From: an uncultured Spirochaetota bacterium
GTDB taxonomy: Bacteria; Spirochaetota; Brevinematia; Brevinematales; JAOACQ01
DNA length: 64,000 bases
NCBI GenBank assembly: GCA_963783575.1
Contig: CAWAOD010000016.1
Span: 32,001 to 96,000, forward strand
Direction of reading: 5' to 3'
The position numbers and the translations under genes are program-made. The notes under the pieces were generated by a model, which made no database searches, was not told the DNA's origin, and was given only the letters and a program-made list of their open reading frames with translations. Positions 43,881-53,812 of this stretch are shown piece by piece (the first letter of the stretch is position 1; each line of letters opens with the position of its first letter).

Positions 43881-44495
43881 ATGAATAAAAATAAACAGAT
43901 TTTATACATAACTATTTTTATCATATTGAATCTTATTTTATGGCCTTTTATAATACTGCCCAACGCGGTCAGGTTTGCGGTTTCAGTAATAAAAAACGTA
44001 AAAAACACAGGCGGGGCAATTGTTATAGAAAACTCTGACACCGCAAGGGAAGTACTTGAAAGAATCGATTTTTACAGGCTTAGAGACCCCTTTATATCAA
44101 GGATAAAAGCGCCTGAAAAAATTATAAACACGCCAAAAAAAATAGAGAAAACCGCCCCGGTAGTTGAAAAAACTAGTGTAACGAATGCTTCAACAGAAGA
44201 AAAATATGAATCCAGGTTTAAACTCAAATCCATTGTTCTTTTGAAAGATAAATACGCCGCCGCCCTTGAAGAAACTCCACATTATGGAAATCAGGCAGAT
44301 AATTCGCCTTATTCTTACAGGTTCGGCGATAATTACGAACAGCCCGTCCAGGGGCCGAAAAGCTATCTTGTCATTGAGGGGGATACTGTTTTAGGAGAAC
44401 AGGTAGTAAAAATCACTGCGGATTCTGTACTGCTTCAAAAGGGTAAGAAGTATTTCAAGCTCACTTTTTCCGGCGGGATTCCGGTAGAACAATAG
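43881..44495 (+). CDS. PilP/GspC-like protein
   Basis: N-terminal TM, RDPF, FKLKSI, EGDTVLGEQVVKITADSVLL. Confidence 0.6.
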   Translation: MNKNKQILYITIFIILNLILWPFIILPNAVRFAVSVIKNVKNTGGAIVIENSDTAREVLERIDFYRLRDPFISRIKAPEKIINTPKKIEKTAPVVEKTSVTNASTEEKYESRFKLKSIVLLKDKYAAALEETPHYGNQADNSPYSYRFGDNYEQPVQGPKSYLVIEGDTVLGEQVVKITADSVLLQKGKKYFKLTFSGGIPVEQ

Positions 44496-44497
44496 CA

Positions 44498-45295
44498 TCA
44501 TTCCATTTTCTGCATTTCAATATCCTTCCAGCCGCAGACAGGGTTGTGATAGCGCATTCTTCCGGCCGTCTTTTTTCCATATTGTATAGCTTCCTTCGGG
44601 CAGAAATTCAGACAACCCTCGCACAACTGGCATAAAGCGCCCCAGGCCGGTTTTTTATCTATCATTGAGATATTGCTAACCGGGCAGACTTTTTCACAAA
44701 TTCCGCAACCATTGCAATTGCCGTCGGAATAAAATTTTTTCCAACCGTTTGCAAGCCCTATTAAATAAACCTGTGAATGCCTGATGTGCCTTAAAAAACC
44801 CGCGAATTCCCTTTCGTAATACTTTTCCCCCGCGATTATCTTATTGGAAATTTCCTGAATATCCCAATCTGCAGAAGCAAGGAGCTCGTTTTGTTTTGCA
44901 CTGTCAGGGACCGGGAATATAAACGTTATATCGTTACTTGGCATGTTTATATAAAATCCTGCGGATAAAGCAGTTCCTTTCTTCCTGAGAATTTCCCTCA
45001 TATGGGCAATAACCCCTCCTGTGAAATTCGTACCTCGTGTCACGGCTATAAAAATATAATCCTTCCCGGAAAAATCATATTTTTCAATAAAGTCCATTAC
45101 GATTTTTGGGAAACTAAGAAAATAAAGGGGAAAAACAAATCCTATCCTTGGGGCGGAATGGGAATACCCCCCATTTTTTATGGATTTAACAATAGGGATA
45201 AGTTCGCAGTCGGGAATATTTTTGCATATTTTTTCCGCCGCCCTGTATGAATTGCCAGTACCGCTGAAATAATAAATAACCGATTTCATTTTCAT
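44498..45295 (-). CDS. EFR1-family flavodoxin-ferredoxin protein
   Basis: YYFSGTGNS; CNGCGICEKVCP and CQLCEGCLNFCP; RYHNP. Confidence 0.9.
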   Translation of the reverse strand: MKMKSVIYYFSGTGNSYRAAEKICKNIPDCELIPIVKSIKNGGYSHSAPRIGFVFPLYFLSFPKIVMDFIEKYDFSGKDYIFIAVTRGTNFTGGVIAHMREILRKKGTALSAGFYINMPSNDITFIFPVPDSAKQNELLASADWDIQEISNKIIAGEKYYEREFAGFLRHIRHSQVYLIGLANGWKKFYSDGNCNGCGICEKVCPVSNISMIDKKPAWGALCQLCEGCLNFCPKEAIQYGKKTAGRMRYHNPVCGWKDIEMQKME

Positions 45296-45919
45296 TTATT
45301 TCTCCTTTGCCGGAAAAAGTGCTTCCAGTCCGGCAAAATGATATGACAGCAAGCGCCTGCAAAGCGCTTTAATCGTATCGACATCATTATTTTCCTTTAA
45401 AACCGAGCAGAAAGAATCTATTAAAGAGCGATAAACTTGAGTTGAAAGGAATTTTTCTTCTTCGGAAATTTTAACTCCGGATTCTTTGTTAATGCTCTCT
45501 ATATATTGACGAAACAAACCGGTAAGAAAAAGCGTCGATTCTTCTTTAATATTCGAATACTTTGTACCTTCGCTTTTTAAAAATACGATATACCAATACT
45601 TTCGGTTTGATGCTATTAATTCAATCAATTCATTTTGAATAACATCCTCAGCCATTTTACGCGGACAAACCGACATGCCGTGACTCTTTTTAAATTTAAA
45701 CTCAATTATTTTTTTCAGATTTTTGATATTTTCATCAGTGATTGAAGAATAGAAAATATCTTCCTTATCCTTAAAATAGCGGTAAAGATTTCCAACTGCA
45801 ATCCCAGCTTTTCCAGCTATATCACTCATGGAGGAATTCTGTAAACCTCTTTCGAAAAAACAGTCGATAGCGGCATCTAAAATCGATTCTCTTACTCCGC
45901 TTTTTAATCTTTGGGCCAT
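45296..45919 (-). CDS. TetR/AcrR-family regulator
   Basis: ILDAAIDCFFERG...DIAGKAGIAVGNLYRYFKDKEDIF; AGAGG RBS before ATG 45919. Confidence 0.93.
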   Translation of the reverse strand: MAQRLKSGVRESILDAAIDCFFERGLQNSSMSDIAGKAGIAVGNLYRYFKDKEDIFYSSITDENIKNLKKIIEFKFKKSHGMSVCPRKMAEDVIQNELIELIASNRKYWYIVFLKSEGTKYSNIKEESTLFLTGLFRQYIESINKESGVKISEEEKFLSTQVYRSLIDSFCSVLKENNDVDTIKALCRRLLSYHFAGLEALFPAKEK

Positions 45920-45982
45920 AATACCTCTATAATGAATAATGAACTCATTATTCATTATAGAGGTATTTTTTATTTTTGTCAA
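45920..45982 (-). promoter_or_regulatory. Consensus sigma70 promoter overlapped by a 48-bp palindromic operator
   Basis: TTGACA (45977-45982)-17-TATAAT (45954-45959); perfect 23-bp arms at 45920-45942 and 45945-45967. Confidence 0.85.
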
Positions 45983-46103
45983 GAAAAATTATTTTATTAA
46001 AAAATGATTGTCATTATTAAGAAAAACAATAAATTAATTGTTTCTTTATCAATAACTCAAATTCTTCATTCAAAATAACTAACAAAAATTTATGGAGGAT
46101 TTT

Positions 46104-47852
46104 ATGTATCGTGTTAAAACCATTTTTTCACTGTCTATCCTATTGATAGCGGCATCGCTGATCGGCTGCACCAATACGCCGGCATCCATCAGCAATTCAA
46201 GTAGTTCCAGCAGTTCTTCATCTGCTCCTTATGTTGCGCCATCGGTTAATTCCAACCCCTGGTCTTTCGGGGTGATGGGAGATACTCAGTGGCTATTTGC
46301 GGATGACGGTTATAATCCCGGCTCGGTTTCTGTCGGGATTGTCAATTTTATTAACCAGGAATTTATTAGCAAAAACGTCAAGCTTGTGGTTGAGGTCGGT
46401 GATCTGGCCGATAACCTGGCTTCCGATTATCTTCTCAATAATGACAGTACGACAAATCACCTGATGACAAATTACCCTGCTAATGAGGATGTCCGTGCCG
46501 TCTATGCTCAGGCTCTTTATAACGCAGGTATTGCTTTCTACCCTCTTCGCGGCAATCATGATGATTATTCGAATGTAGCCGTAGAATTTACCCGCATTTA
46601 CCCTCAGACTGCGAATGGTGGTAACAACAATACTCCCGCCGATGTCCTGGCCAATACCGGAAATCTGACAGATGCCTCTGTAACACCTGTTGCAAAGACC
46701 GGCGGTACATTCAATGTTGGAAGCAGCTTCAACAGTCCCTTTGCAAATTTAAACGGGCTCAGCTACTCTTTCGATTATAATAATGTCCGATTTGTTTTAA
46801 TTGACCAGTTCACCAGGCTTGACGGAACAGCTCCTGGTGTCATCGATGACCAGTTATCCTGGATCAACACATCTCTTTCCGGAAGACCTGCCGGCACTCA
46901 TGCATTTGTTTTTGCGCATAAAGGAATCGTTACGGAAAATCATCTTGATAACCTGTTCGGCAGCGATCCATCCCAGGATACTACCGGTCAGAATAATTTT
47001 ATATCAAGTCTTTCCAATAACGGTGTACGTTATTTTATAGGCGGCCATGATCATATCCACCAGAGGTCAATTGTTAAAAGTCCGGATTCTCTTTCCCAGG
47101 TCTGGGAATTTACCGAGGCTTCCTGTAGTTCAAAGTTTTATGTTCCTAATAATACAAATTCACGAGAAACATGCGTTAGCCAGGAAACCAACACTATTGG
47201 CTATTATATCTATACTGTGAATGGCCCCCTTTTAAATGTTGATTTTTACTCGGAGAACCCCCAGCCAATTCTAATTAATGGCGAATGGCTGATTACCAAT
47301 ATGAATGGAGTAACATCAGGCTTCACCAAAAAGGAAAGTTACGGCTACAGTCTTAACGGAAAAGAATTCCTTGTTCCGGAAGGCTCCAACTACACTGTTG
47401 TATTGGATACCTTCTCCAATACTACAGCGGCTATTCTCGAAGGTGTTAACGGAAGTATGATGAAAGACGGCCAGGGCCGCAGTTTGACAAAAGCAGTTGA
47501 TACCGGCTGGATTGCTAAAAACGGTACTGCTTACAGCGATATTTTGAAGATATGGGGCATGTCAGATATCGGTACAACACAATCCGACAAATACGTTCTT
47601 TCTCTCAGTTACAGTGCTGCCGGTTTGACCGCGAGCCAGTTGACAAATGGACGCTTCGGGATCGCTTCTTTAAATGGTAGTACCTGGTCCAACGCAGTAG
47701 ACTTAAACCATACCTCAGGAACAAAGACTTTTGTTAATGGCGCATATTCTTCTGCTTATAACAATATAGGTACATACGGTATAAATACAAATAACAGCAC
47801 AGTTTGGGCAGTAATTGATTATAATGGGTATTTTGTTGTGACAATATATTGA
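46104..47852 (+). CDS. Calcineurin-like metallophosphoesterase lipoprotein
   Basis: Lipobox LIGC, Ser linker, GDTQ, GDL, RGNHD, AH, GHDH; GGAGG RBS. Confidence 0.88.
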   Translation: MYRVKTIFSLSILLIAASLIGCTNTPASISNSSSSSSSSSAPYVAPSVNSNPWSFGVMGDTQWLFADDGYNPGSVSVGIVNFINQEFISKNVKLVVEVGDLADNLASDYLLNNDSTTNHLMTNYPANEDVRAVYAQALYNAGIAFYPLRGNHDDYSNVAVEFTRIYPQTANGGNNNTPADVLANTGNLTDASVTPVAKTGGTFNVGSSFNSPFANLNGLSYSFDYNNVRFVLIDQFTRLDGTAPGVIDDQLSWINTSLSGRPAGTHAFVFAHKGIVTENHLDNLFGSDPSQDTTGQNNFISSLSNNGVRYFIGGHDHIHQRSIVKSPDSLSQVWEFTEASCSSKFYVPNNTNSRETCVSQETNTIGYYIYTVNGPLLNVDFYSENPQPILINGEWLITNMNGVTSGFTKKESYGYSLNGKEFLVPEGSNYTVVLDTFSNTTAAILEGVNGSMMKDGQGRSLTKAVDTGWIAKNGTAYSDILKIWGMSDIGTTQSDKYVLSLSYSAAGLTASQLTNGRFGIASLNGSTWSNAVDLNHTSGTKTFVNGAYSSAYNNIGTYGINTNNSTVWAVIDYNGYFVVTIY

Positions 47853-47896
47853 TCAAAAAATTCTTGCAATCAATAAACAAGCTTACACAAAATATT

Positions 47897-47923
47897 GGGG
47901 TGTCTTTTGACACCCCTTTTTTT
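47897..47923 (+). terminator. Intrinsic terminator
   Basis: GGGGTGTC-TTTT-GACACCCC followed by a T-run. Confidence 0.88.
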
Positions 47924-48148
47924 ATTATTGATTCATTTGTTAAATTTTGTTAATAAACAATAAGTCTGAAAATAGAAAGTAAAAGTATAAAACATATGAT
48001 TTTACTAAGTTTGATTTACTTGTAGGAAGGAACAACAGCGGAAAAACTTTATTTTGCAAGCACTTGCAATTTGGCAGTACTGTGTCGTATGAAAAGCCTG
48101 AAATGTGATGAGAATGATTTGTTTATAAAACCAATAAAAACTACCTTC

Positions 48149-50629
48149 TTAAACACTTAGCAATTCCAGCTTCTCTTTAATCCCGTATGATGAATTGCCG
48201 CTTATTTCCCCAGGTTCGGTATCATTCTTAAATTCGGGCTCCATTGTAACCTCATTGATATAATTGTTTTTATATGCTTTATCTTCAAAGATTCCGCTTA
48301 AAACCTCATTCCAGCTGTGTTTTTCAATCACTCTTCTCCTTGTTTCATTCCTCATAAGGGTATATTCAGAATGCCTGTGATGAATCATATCAATAATCTG
48401 TATAATTTTTTCTTCCCATTCCTTAGCGCTTGAGGTATTTAAAGCCCATCCCGTTTTACCGTTTTCTATGATTTCCTTTGGCCCGCCGGTATCTGAGACT
48501 ATAGCAGGAAGCCCGCAGGATTGCGCCTCCAAAACAACCATACCGAAAGTGTCTGTTGTGCTTGGGAAAACAAGAATATCGGAGAAGGAATAAATTTCAG
48601 GCAGCAAATTATTTGCAATGGCGCCGGTAAAAAGGACCCTTTCATTATCCTTAAACCGTTTTTTCATTACCGGAAGATATGGTCCGTCACCCACAATAAT
48701 TAAGTTTACTTTCTTTATTTTCTTTGAAAGATTCTCATAGACATTGGACAAAAAGGCCAGATTTTTATCCTTTGATACTCTGCCGGCAAACAGAAGATTG
48801 ATCCCGGTTTTTATTCCCATTTGTTCCTTTAACAGGCCGTTCCGGGGCGAAAATGCTCCGGTGTCTATTCCTCTACCGAAATGAGTCATTCTGGAAGGAT
48901 CAAAACCTCTTTTTATTAGCAAATGTATGTATTCCTCCGTTGGAACCCGGATTTCATCCATCACAGAGTAAAACCATTTTGTATAAGCCTCGATCATACT
49001 TGCTATACCTTCCTCCTGTGTTATCTCTGCAACTTCTTTTGTGAAATCGGTATGATAAACACCCGAGCACTTGATTTTCAATAATTTTCCGATCAAAAGA
49101 CCCAATAATCCAACAGGACCTGGCGTTGATATGATAATTTCATCCGGGTCAAATTCATAAAGATTTTTTAAAGCGGTAAGAATAGATGGAATTTTAAGCC
49201 TGATCTTTTCATAATAAGGCAGCTTGAAGCTGTAGCTCGCAGGTAAATTTATTACTATTGGCGGAATATCTTTATTCTGCTCATCCGGCAGAAGGGAAGT
49301 TACAATCTTCATTTCTCTGTTCTGTTCACTGCAGAGCCAGCCTATCTTTTTAAGCGTTATGGAAACACCGTTTAAATCGTTCAATGTATCGGTAAACCAG
49401 AGTATTCTTTTGCTCTCATGCCTTCTTTTTTTACAGAGCGATGTGCTTAAGCTTTGAAGAAGATGTTTGTTGCTGTGCATATGCTGGAATGTGCTGAGGA
49501 AAGGTATTGACAGGAAAATACCGGGCAGCGAAAGGGAAATATTTTTAATCAGCTTGACGATATTTCCTTCCTTTAAATTTTCCTCCAATGAAAAAGTCAG
49601 AATCCTTAAAAATTCATCCGCTATTTCACTCACTTTATCATATACCAGTTCAAGTTTCTTTTCAACGTTGTCTTCTTCCTGCCTCTGCACTTCCTCGACA
49701 AGTTCCACAAGCATCTTTTTAATTCTGGACTCTTTCTGAGACTTAATCCGGTTAATCTTGATCTTATCCAGAAAACTCAAGCGGTTTTCTTCAAAAACAA
49801 AATTAGTTATCTGGCTGATGAATGACTTTGTCACACCGGTACTCTTTGTTTTGGAAAAATCATAAGCGATTTTATAAATTGTAAATGCAAGAGATTGAAA
49901 ATTATTATGCCTTCCTTCCGCAATGCTTTTTTTATACCTGATGGAATCCAAAAATTCTTCAGGAGTCCTGGCAAAAGCCAGGGTGTATGTTTTACCGATA
50001 AATATTCCGGCATGATCGTCCGAACCCCCGGTAAAGCTTTTGATCCATGGAGTGTCACTGATAGGGTCGATACCGTGCTTTAATTTAAGCCTGCCGATAT
50101 CTTCGGGAGTAAGTTCCTTTAATATCTTCATCCAGCCGTTATTATGGATTTTATCCCTTGCTCCGTTCAGACCCTCAAAAACGTCAAACAGAAGAATGAG
50201 TTTCTCCAGATGTTCCCCGCTAATCTTATTATTGACCGAATAAGTAGCATGAGCTATGGAATATGCCAAATCGTTATCCCTTAAATAATCTCTCAATTCA
50301 TAAATATTAATCCTTAACTTTTCAATCTCTATAAAATTCGTTTCTGTAATACCGTAAATCAAAATATGCACTTTACAGCCGTCTTCAGGGAAATATGCGG
50401 TTGCTTCAACTCCTGTAAAAACCTTATCAGGATATTTTTCTTTTAAGTACATAGCCCCCCGGATATTATTATGGTCTGTAATGACCACAAAATCCATTCC
50501 TCTTTTAACCGCGGTCTGGTATATAAAATCCGGTTCAGTATAGGATTCCGCAGTTCCAATCCTCTGCAGGAACCACTCCGACGGATGATCGGAAAATTTG
50601 GAATGGACATGTGCATCTGCTTTCATCAT
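48149..50629 (-). CDS. PHP-domain / GT4 glycosyltransferase fusion
   Basis: DAHVHS, ITDHN, AH, GGSDDH (PHP); WFTDT..LNGV, YHTDF, AGRVSKDKN, DTFGMVVLEA (GT4). Confidence 0.88.
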   Translation of the reverse strand: MMKADAHVHSKFSDHPSEWFLQRIGTAESYTEPDFIYQTAVKRGMDFVVITDHNNIRGAMYLKEKYPDKVFTGVEATAYFPEDGCKVHILIYGITETNFIEIEKLRINIYELRDYLRDNDLAYSIAHATYSVNNKISGEHLEKLILLFDVFEGLNGARDKIHNNGWMKILKELTPEDIGRLKLKHGIDPISDTPWIKSFTGGSDDHAGIFIGKTYTLAFARTPEEFLDSIRYKKSIAEGRHNNFQSLAFTIYKIAYDFSKTKSTGVTKSFISQITNFVFEENRLSFLDKIKINRIKSQKESRIKKMLVELVEEVQRQEEDNVEKKLELVYDKVSEIADEFLRILTFSLEENLKEGNIVKLIKNISLSLPGIFLSIPFLSTFQHMHSNKHLLQSLSTSLCKKRRHESKRILWFTDTLNDLNGVSITLKKIGWLCSEQNREMKIVTSLLPDEQNKDIPPIVINLPASYSFKLPYYEKIRLKIPSILTALKNLYEFDPDEIIISTPGPVGLLGLLIGKLLKIKCSGVYHTDFTKEVAEITQEEGIASMIEAYTKWFYSVMDEIRVPTEEYIHLLIKRGFDPSRMTHFGRGIDTGAFSPRNGLLKEQMGIKTGINLLFAGRVSKDKNLAFLSNVYENLSKKIKKVNLIIVGDGPYLPVMKKRFKDNERVLFTGAIANNLLPEIYSFSDILVFPSTTDTFGMVVLEAQSCGLPAIVSDTGGPKEIIENGKTGWALNTSSAKEWEEKIIQIIDMIHHRHSEYTLMRNETRRRVIEKHSWNEVLSGIFEDKAYKNNYINEVTMEPEFKNDTEPGEISGNSSYGIKEKLELLSV

Positions 50630-50825
50630 ATTTTACTCCTTTGCTTATAACCATAAACAATTATAATTAAAATAGGATAAGATATTATTATTAAGCGTCA
50701 ATGTGTTTTGTATTAATTTTTAATTGGGCATAATTTTGCTTAGAGACTTAGATGATCAAGAAATGGCTATGTATCAAAAATGTGCATATCCTGTGCGATG
50801 TGTGCTTTGTATAGTTGTATTATCC

Positions 50826-52532
50826 TTATTTGAATATTGATGAAAGCGGCATAGCGCTCTTTCCTATGAAAAGAGGGAAATTTCTCTTGAAGACACGGTA
50901 AGTGAGAAGGAATAACACGGATGTGACGGAGTTAAATAAAAACCTGTCTAAAAAGCGGTATTCCTTTCTTTTACGGACAAAGAGGCTGATTAAAAGTTCG
51001 GTAAAGAGAGATTTTTTTTGTTTTGTCACATTTATATAGAATTTATAGCATTTCGGATACTGATTCCTGTATTTTTCCAGCAGATGATCGATATATAAGC
51101 AGTCTTCTCTTTTATGATCTGAATATATAAGCTTCCTGCAGTAAGCTATAATCTTTAAGGTATCATAATGAAAATCAAAGTCGTAAGGGAAATTGTGTTT
51201 TTTGCTGATTTCACCCATTCGTTTTATTCTTGAAAGCATTCTGAAACCGGTCCTCACCGATTCCTCCGTATCATCCGAAAAAGCGTTGTAAAACCGGATA
51301 ATACCATCCGTAACTGAAACGCTGTCCCATATAATATGGATTAGAGGAGGAATTCTAACCCTGTTGAAATAAAGCTCTTTTTTTGAAAATTCCGGTTCAT
51401 AAAGAAGGTTTTTTATTACTTCATCGGATAGTTTCAGGAATTTTACCAGCGCTTTCCAATTCATCTTCCCTGAGTATTTCCGGACGGCTTCTTCCACGGA
51501 TAGATTTTCCCTGAATAGCTTTATCGTTACAAATGTATTCAGCTCGTTCCAGAAAGATGTTTTCTTTAAAAATGTAAAGTTCCTGAATTGCGACCATCCG
51601 CCTGTCTGGCACCAGACATAAATTCCTTTTATAGATGGGTTGTCCTTTAATTGATCCCGGAATTCCTGATAATCCCAGCCGGTAAAAGACGGATATTTGC
51701 CGAACCCCTCATACTCTCTTCTTGTTTGAAGTTCAATAATTTTTTTTATACCGCTCATAAAAAACAACAAGTTTAATTTTAGATACCTGAAAAAATCCCC
51801 TTCACCGAATTTCATAGACAGGATGAAATAATCGCTTGAAATATTTTTAAAAGCCTTTTTAAAAGTTCTTTCATTCCAAATAAGATCACCGATAGGGTAG
51901 GCGCCGATAGTCCAGGTCCTGAAAATCATCAGTTTCTCATTTTTTTCAAAAACAGGAAGGAGTAGACGGATAAATAAATTAAGCTGTTCCGGAGTTTTTA
52001 CCACCAGTCTGCTTATAAAATCCCCTTTCACATCAACCCCGTCAGATTCTCCCATCCGGAATATCACACCATCAACCTCAGGAAATTCCTTAAAAAGCTT
52101 TTCCACGGCTTCAATTAAAAAACTTATCATTCCGGAGAATTTATTCCCGGTTTTTTTTTCGATCCAGGAATTAAAAAAAAGAATATCGGTTGTAACAAAT
52201 AATTTCAGATTATATTGTTTTATGTAGAGAAAAAGCCTGGAAAACCCGGACTGATATTTGGCAATTTTATTTTTAAGTATTTCAGGGTAAAAATCAAAAC
52301 TTACCATACGGCTGAGCTCATCGATGGAAACGGAATTATAGCCGATCTTCTGCACTTTGTTCAGATATTTTTCATAGTCGGTATGGATTTTCCTATGTGT
52401 TTTTTTGTGGTAATCGCCCTTTCTTTCCAGATTATGATAGGGAATTTTTGACCAGTTGATTAATTCACCGGAATGCCTGATGAAAAATGGGGGGGAAGAG
52501 TCGATAATAAATAATTTTTCCTGTTCATTCAA
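50826..52532 (-). CDS. Hypothetical glycoside-hydrolase-like protein (GH67/GH115-like TIM barrel)
   Basis: FPEVDGVIFRMGESDG, IFRTW, MKFGEGDF, ELQTRREYEG, W..TGGW; family assignment from memory only. Confidence 0.5.
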   Translation of the reverse strand: MNEQEKLFIIDSSPPFFIRHSGELINWSKIPYHNLERKGDYHKKTHRKIHTDYEKYLNKVQKIGYNSVSIDELSRMVSFDFYPEILKNKIAKYQSGFSRLFLYIKQYNLKLFVTTDILFFNSWIEKKTGNKFSGMISFLIEAVEKLFKEFPEVDGVIFRMGESDGVDVKGDFISRLVVKTPEQLNLFIRLLLPVFEKNEKLMIFRTWTIGAYPIGDLIWNERTFKKAFKNISSDYFILSMKFGEGDFFRYLKLNLLFFMSGIKKIIELQTRREYEGFGKYPSFTGWDYQEFRDQLKDNPSIKGIYVWCQTGGWSQFRNFTFLKKTSFWNELNTFVTIKLFRENLSVEEAVRKYSGKMNWKALVKFLKLSDEVIKNLLYEPEFSKKELYFNRVRIPPLIHIIWDSVSVTDGIIRFYNAFSDDTEESVRTGFRMLSRIKRMGEISKKHNFPYDFDFHYDTLKIIAYCRKLIYSDHKREDCLYIDHLLEKYRNQYPKCYKFYINVTKQKKSLFTELLISLFVRKRKEYRFLDRFLFNSVTSVLFLLTYRVFKRNFPLFIGKSAMPLSSIFK

Positions 52533-52544
52533 TATAATTTCCTG

Positions 52545-53288
52545 TTAAATAATTTTCTTTTTTATTTCTTCCCATAAGGCATAATATGACTCGGCTGCCT
52601 TTGAACCAGGGCGTGATAAAGGCACCGGGGTCCTTGTAATTCCCATTTTTTCTATATCCGATAAATAGGGGATATAATTTTTGCATATTCCGGAAATAGA
52701 TTTATTTAAATTTCCAAGTATATCGCGATGGATTTTTTTTCTCTGCTCAACCATTGAAAAGAAAGGTATAATCTGCTTTAAATCCATTTGATTTTCTTGA
52801 AAAAAGTTAATTGTCAGCTGGTATGTCCTCAGAGAAAGAGGCGTAGGGACAGTCGGCAGAAGGATAATATCGGCAGCCTGAAATACGTTTTCAGACAAAA
52901 GGGATATTCCCGGGGGACAGTCCAGGAATATCCTTTTAAATTCACCTTTTAACGATTTCAGTATTTCCGAAAGCCTTTTTTTAGATTTTTTTACATCATC
53001 AAGAATTACATCCATATTTCTAAATGAAAAATCCGAAGGAATAAGATAAAGATTTTTGTACTCGGTTTCCCTTACAAGATCAATCAGCTCAGCTTTACCT
53101 GAAAGGATCTTTCTGGTACTGGTATCAACACCCTGCTTAATATTAAAATAAAATGTCGATGAACCCTGGGGGTCTAAATCCCAAAGCATGGTTTTTACGC
53201 CTTCGTTCGCCGATAAGAAAGAAAAATTAACCGCTGTGGATGTTTTCCCGACGCCGCCTTTGATATTGTAAATACCGATTATTTTCAT
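52545..53288 (-). CDS. Orphan ParA/MinD-family ATPase
   Basis: KGGVGKTS deviant Walker A, DLDPQG, LDCPP. Confidence 0.9.
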   Translation of the reverse strand: MKIIGIYNIKGGVGKTSTAVNFSFLSANEGVKTMLWDLDPQGSSTFYFNIKQGVDTSTRKILSGKAELIDLVRETEYKNLYLIPSDFSFRNMDVILDDVKKSKKRLSEILKSLKGEFKRIFLDCPPGISLLSENVFQAADIILLPTVPTPLSLRTYQLTINFFQENQMDLKQIIPFFSMVEQRKKIHRDILGNLNKSISGICKNYIPYLSDIEKMGITRTPVPLSRPGSKAAESYYALWEEIKKKII

Positions 53289-53315
53289 TTAAAAATCCTG
53301 TAAAAAAGTAACAAC

Positions 53316-53627
53316 TTATTTATTTCCAAATCCCATTTCCTTTATAACCTTTTTAGAAATATCTTTTCTAAACATTTTTCTTATGGTTTTTAGAATTCTT
53401 CCAATATTTTTTACTTTTCCCGAAATCTCTTCTTTTTTCTTTTTTAATTGGCTTGTTATTTTTTCCGTTTCTTCTTTTTCAGCCTTAACTTCCTTAACCA
53501 GCGCATCAAGTTCCTGGATAATATCGGGATTTAAGCCCAGGTCCTTAGGGTTAAAGTCTTTAGCTTTTGTTTTTTCAAGCATTATCTGGGCAAGTTCCAA
53601 TTTTCCGGGGTTTGATTTTTTAGCCAT
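53316..53627 (-). CDS. Small Lys-rich coiled-coil hypothetical protein
   Basis: GGAGG RBS; lies directly upstream of the ParA gene on the same strand. Confidence 0.7.
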   Translation of the reverse strand: MAKKSNPGKLELAQIMLEKTKAKDFNPKDLGLNPDIIQELDALVKEVKAEKEETEKITSQLKKKKEEISGKVKNIGRILKTIRKMFRKDISKKVIKEMGFGNK

Positions 53628-53812
53628 AATAAAACCTCCTGATAATTTTATTGTTTAGATCAAACCATAAAACTCCATTTTAGTTTAGATTATAAAATGG
53701 AATTGTTAATTTTTGATTAATTTTTAACTTATATTGAAAATAATTAAGTATTGAAAAAAAGAAAAGTATTTTAATGATGATTTGTTATTTATTTTCCGGA
53801 ATGCCCTGGAAT

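Noticed and set aside
50725..50740. Sigma54-like TGG-N8-TTGC site
   Set aside because: It is on the plus strand, antisense to the surrounding minus-strand genes, and lacks the CAC core.
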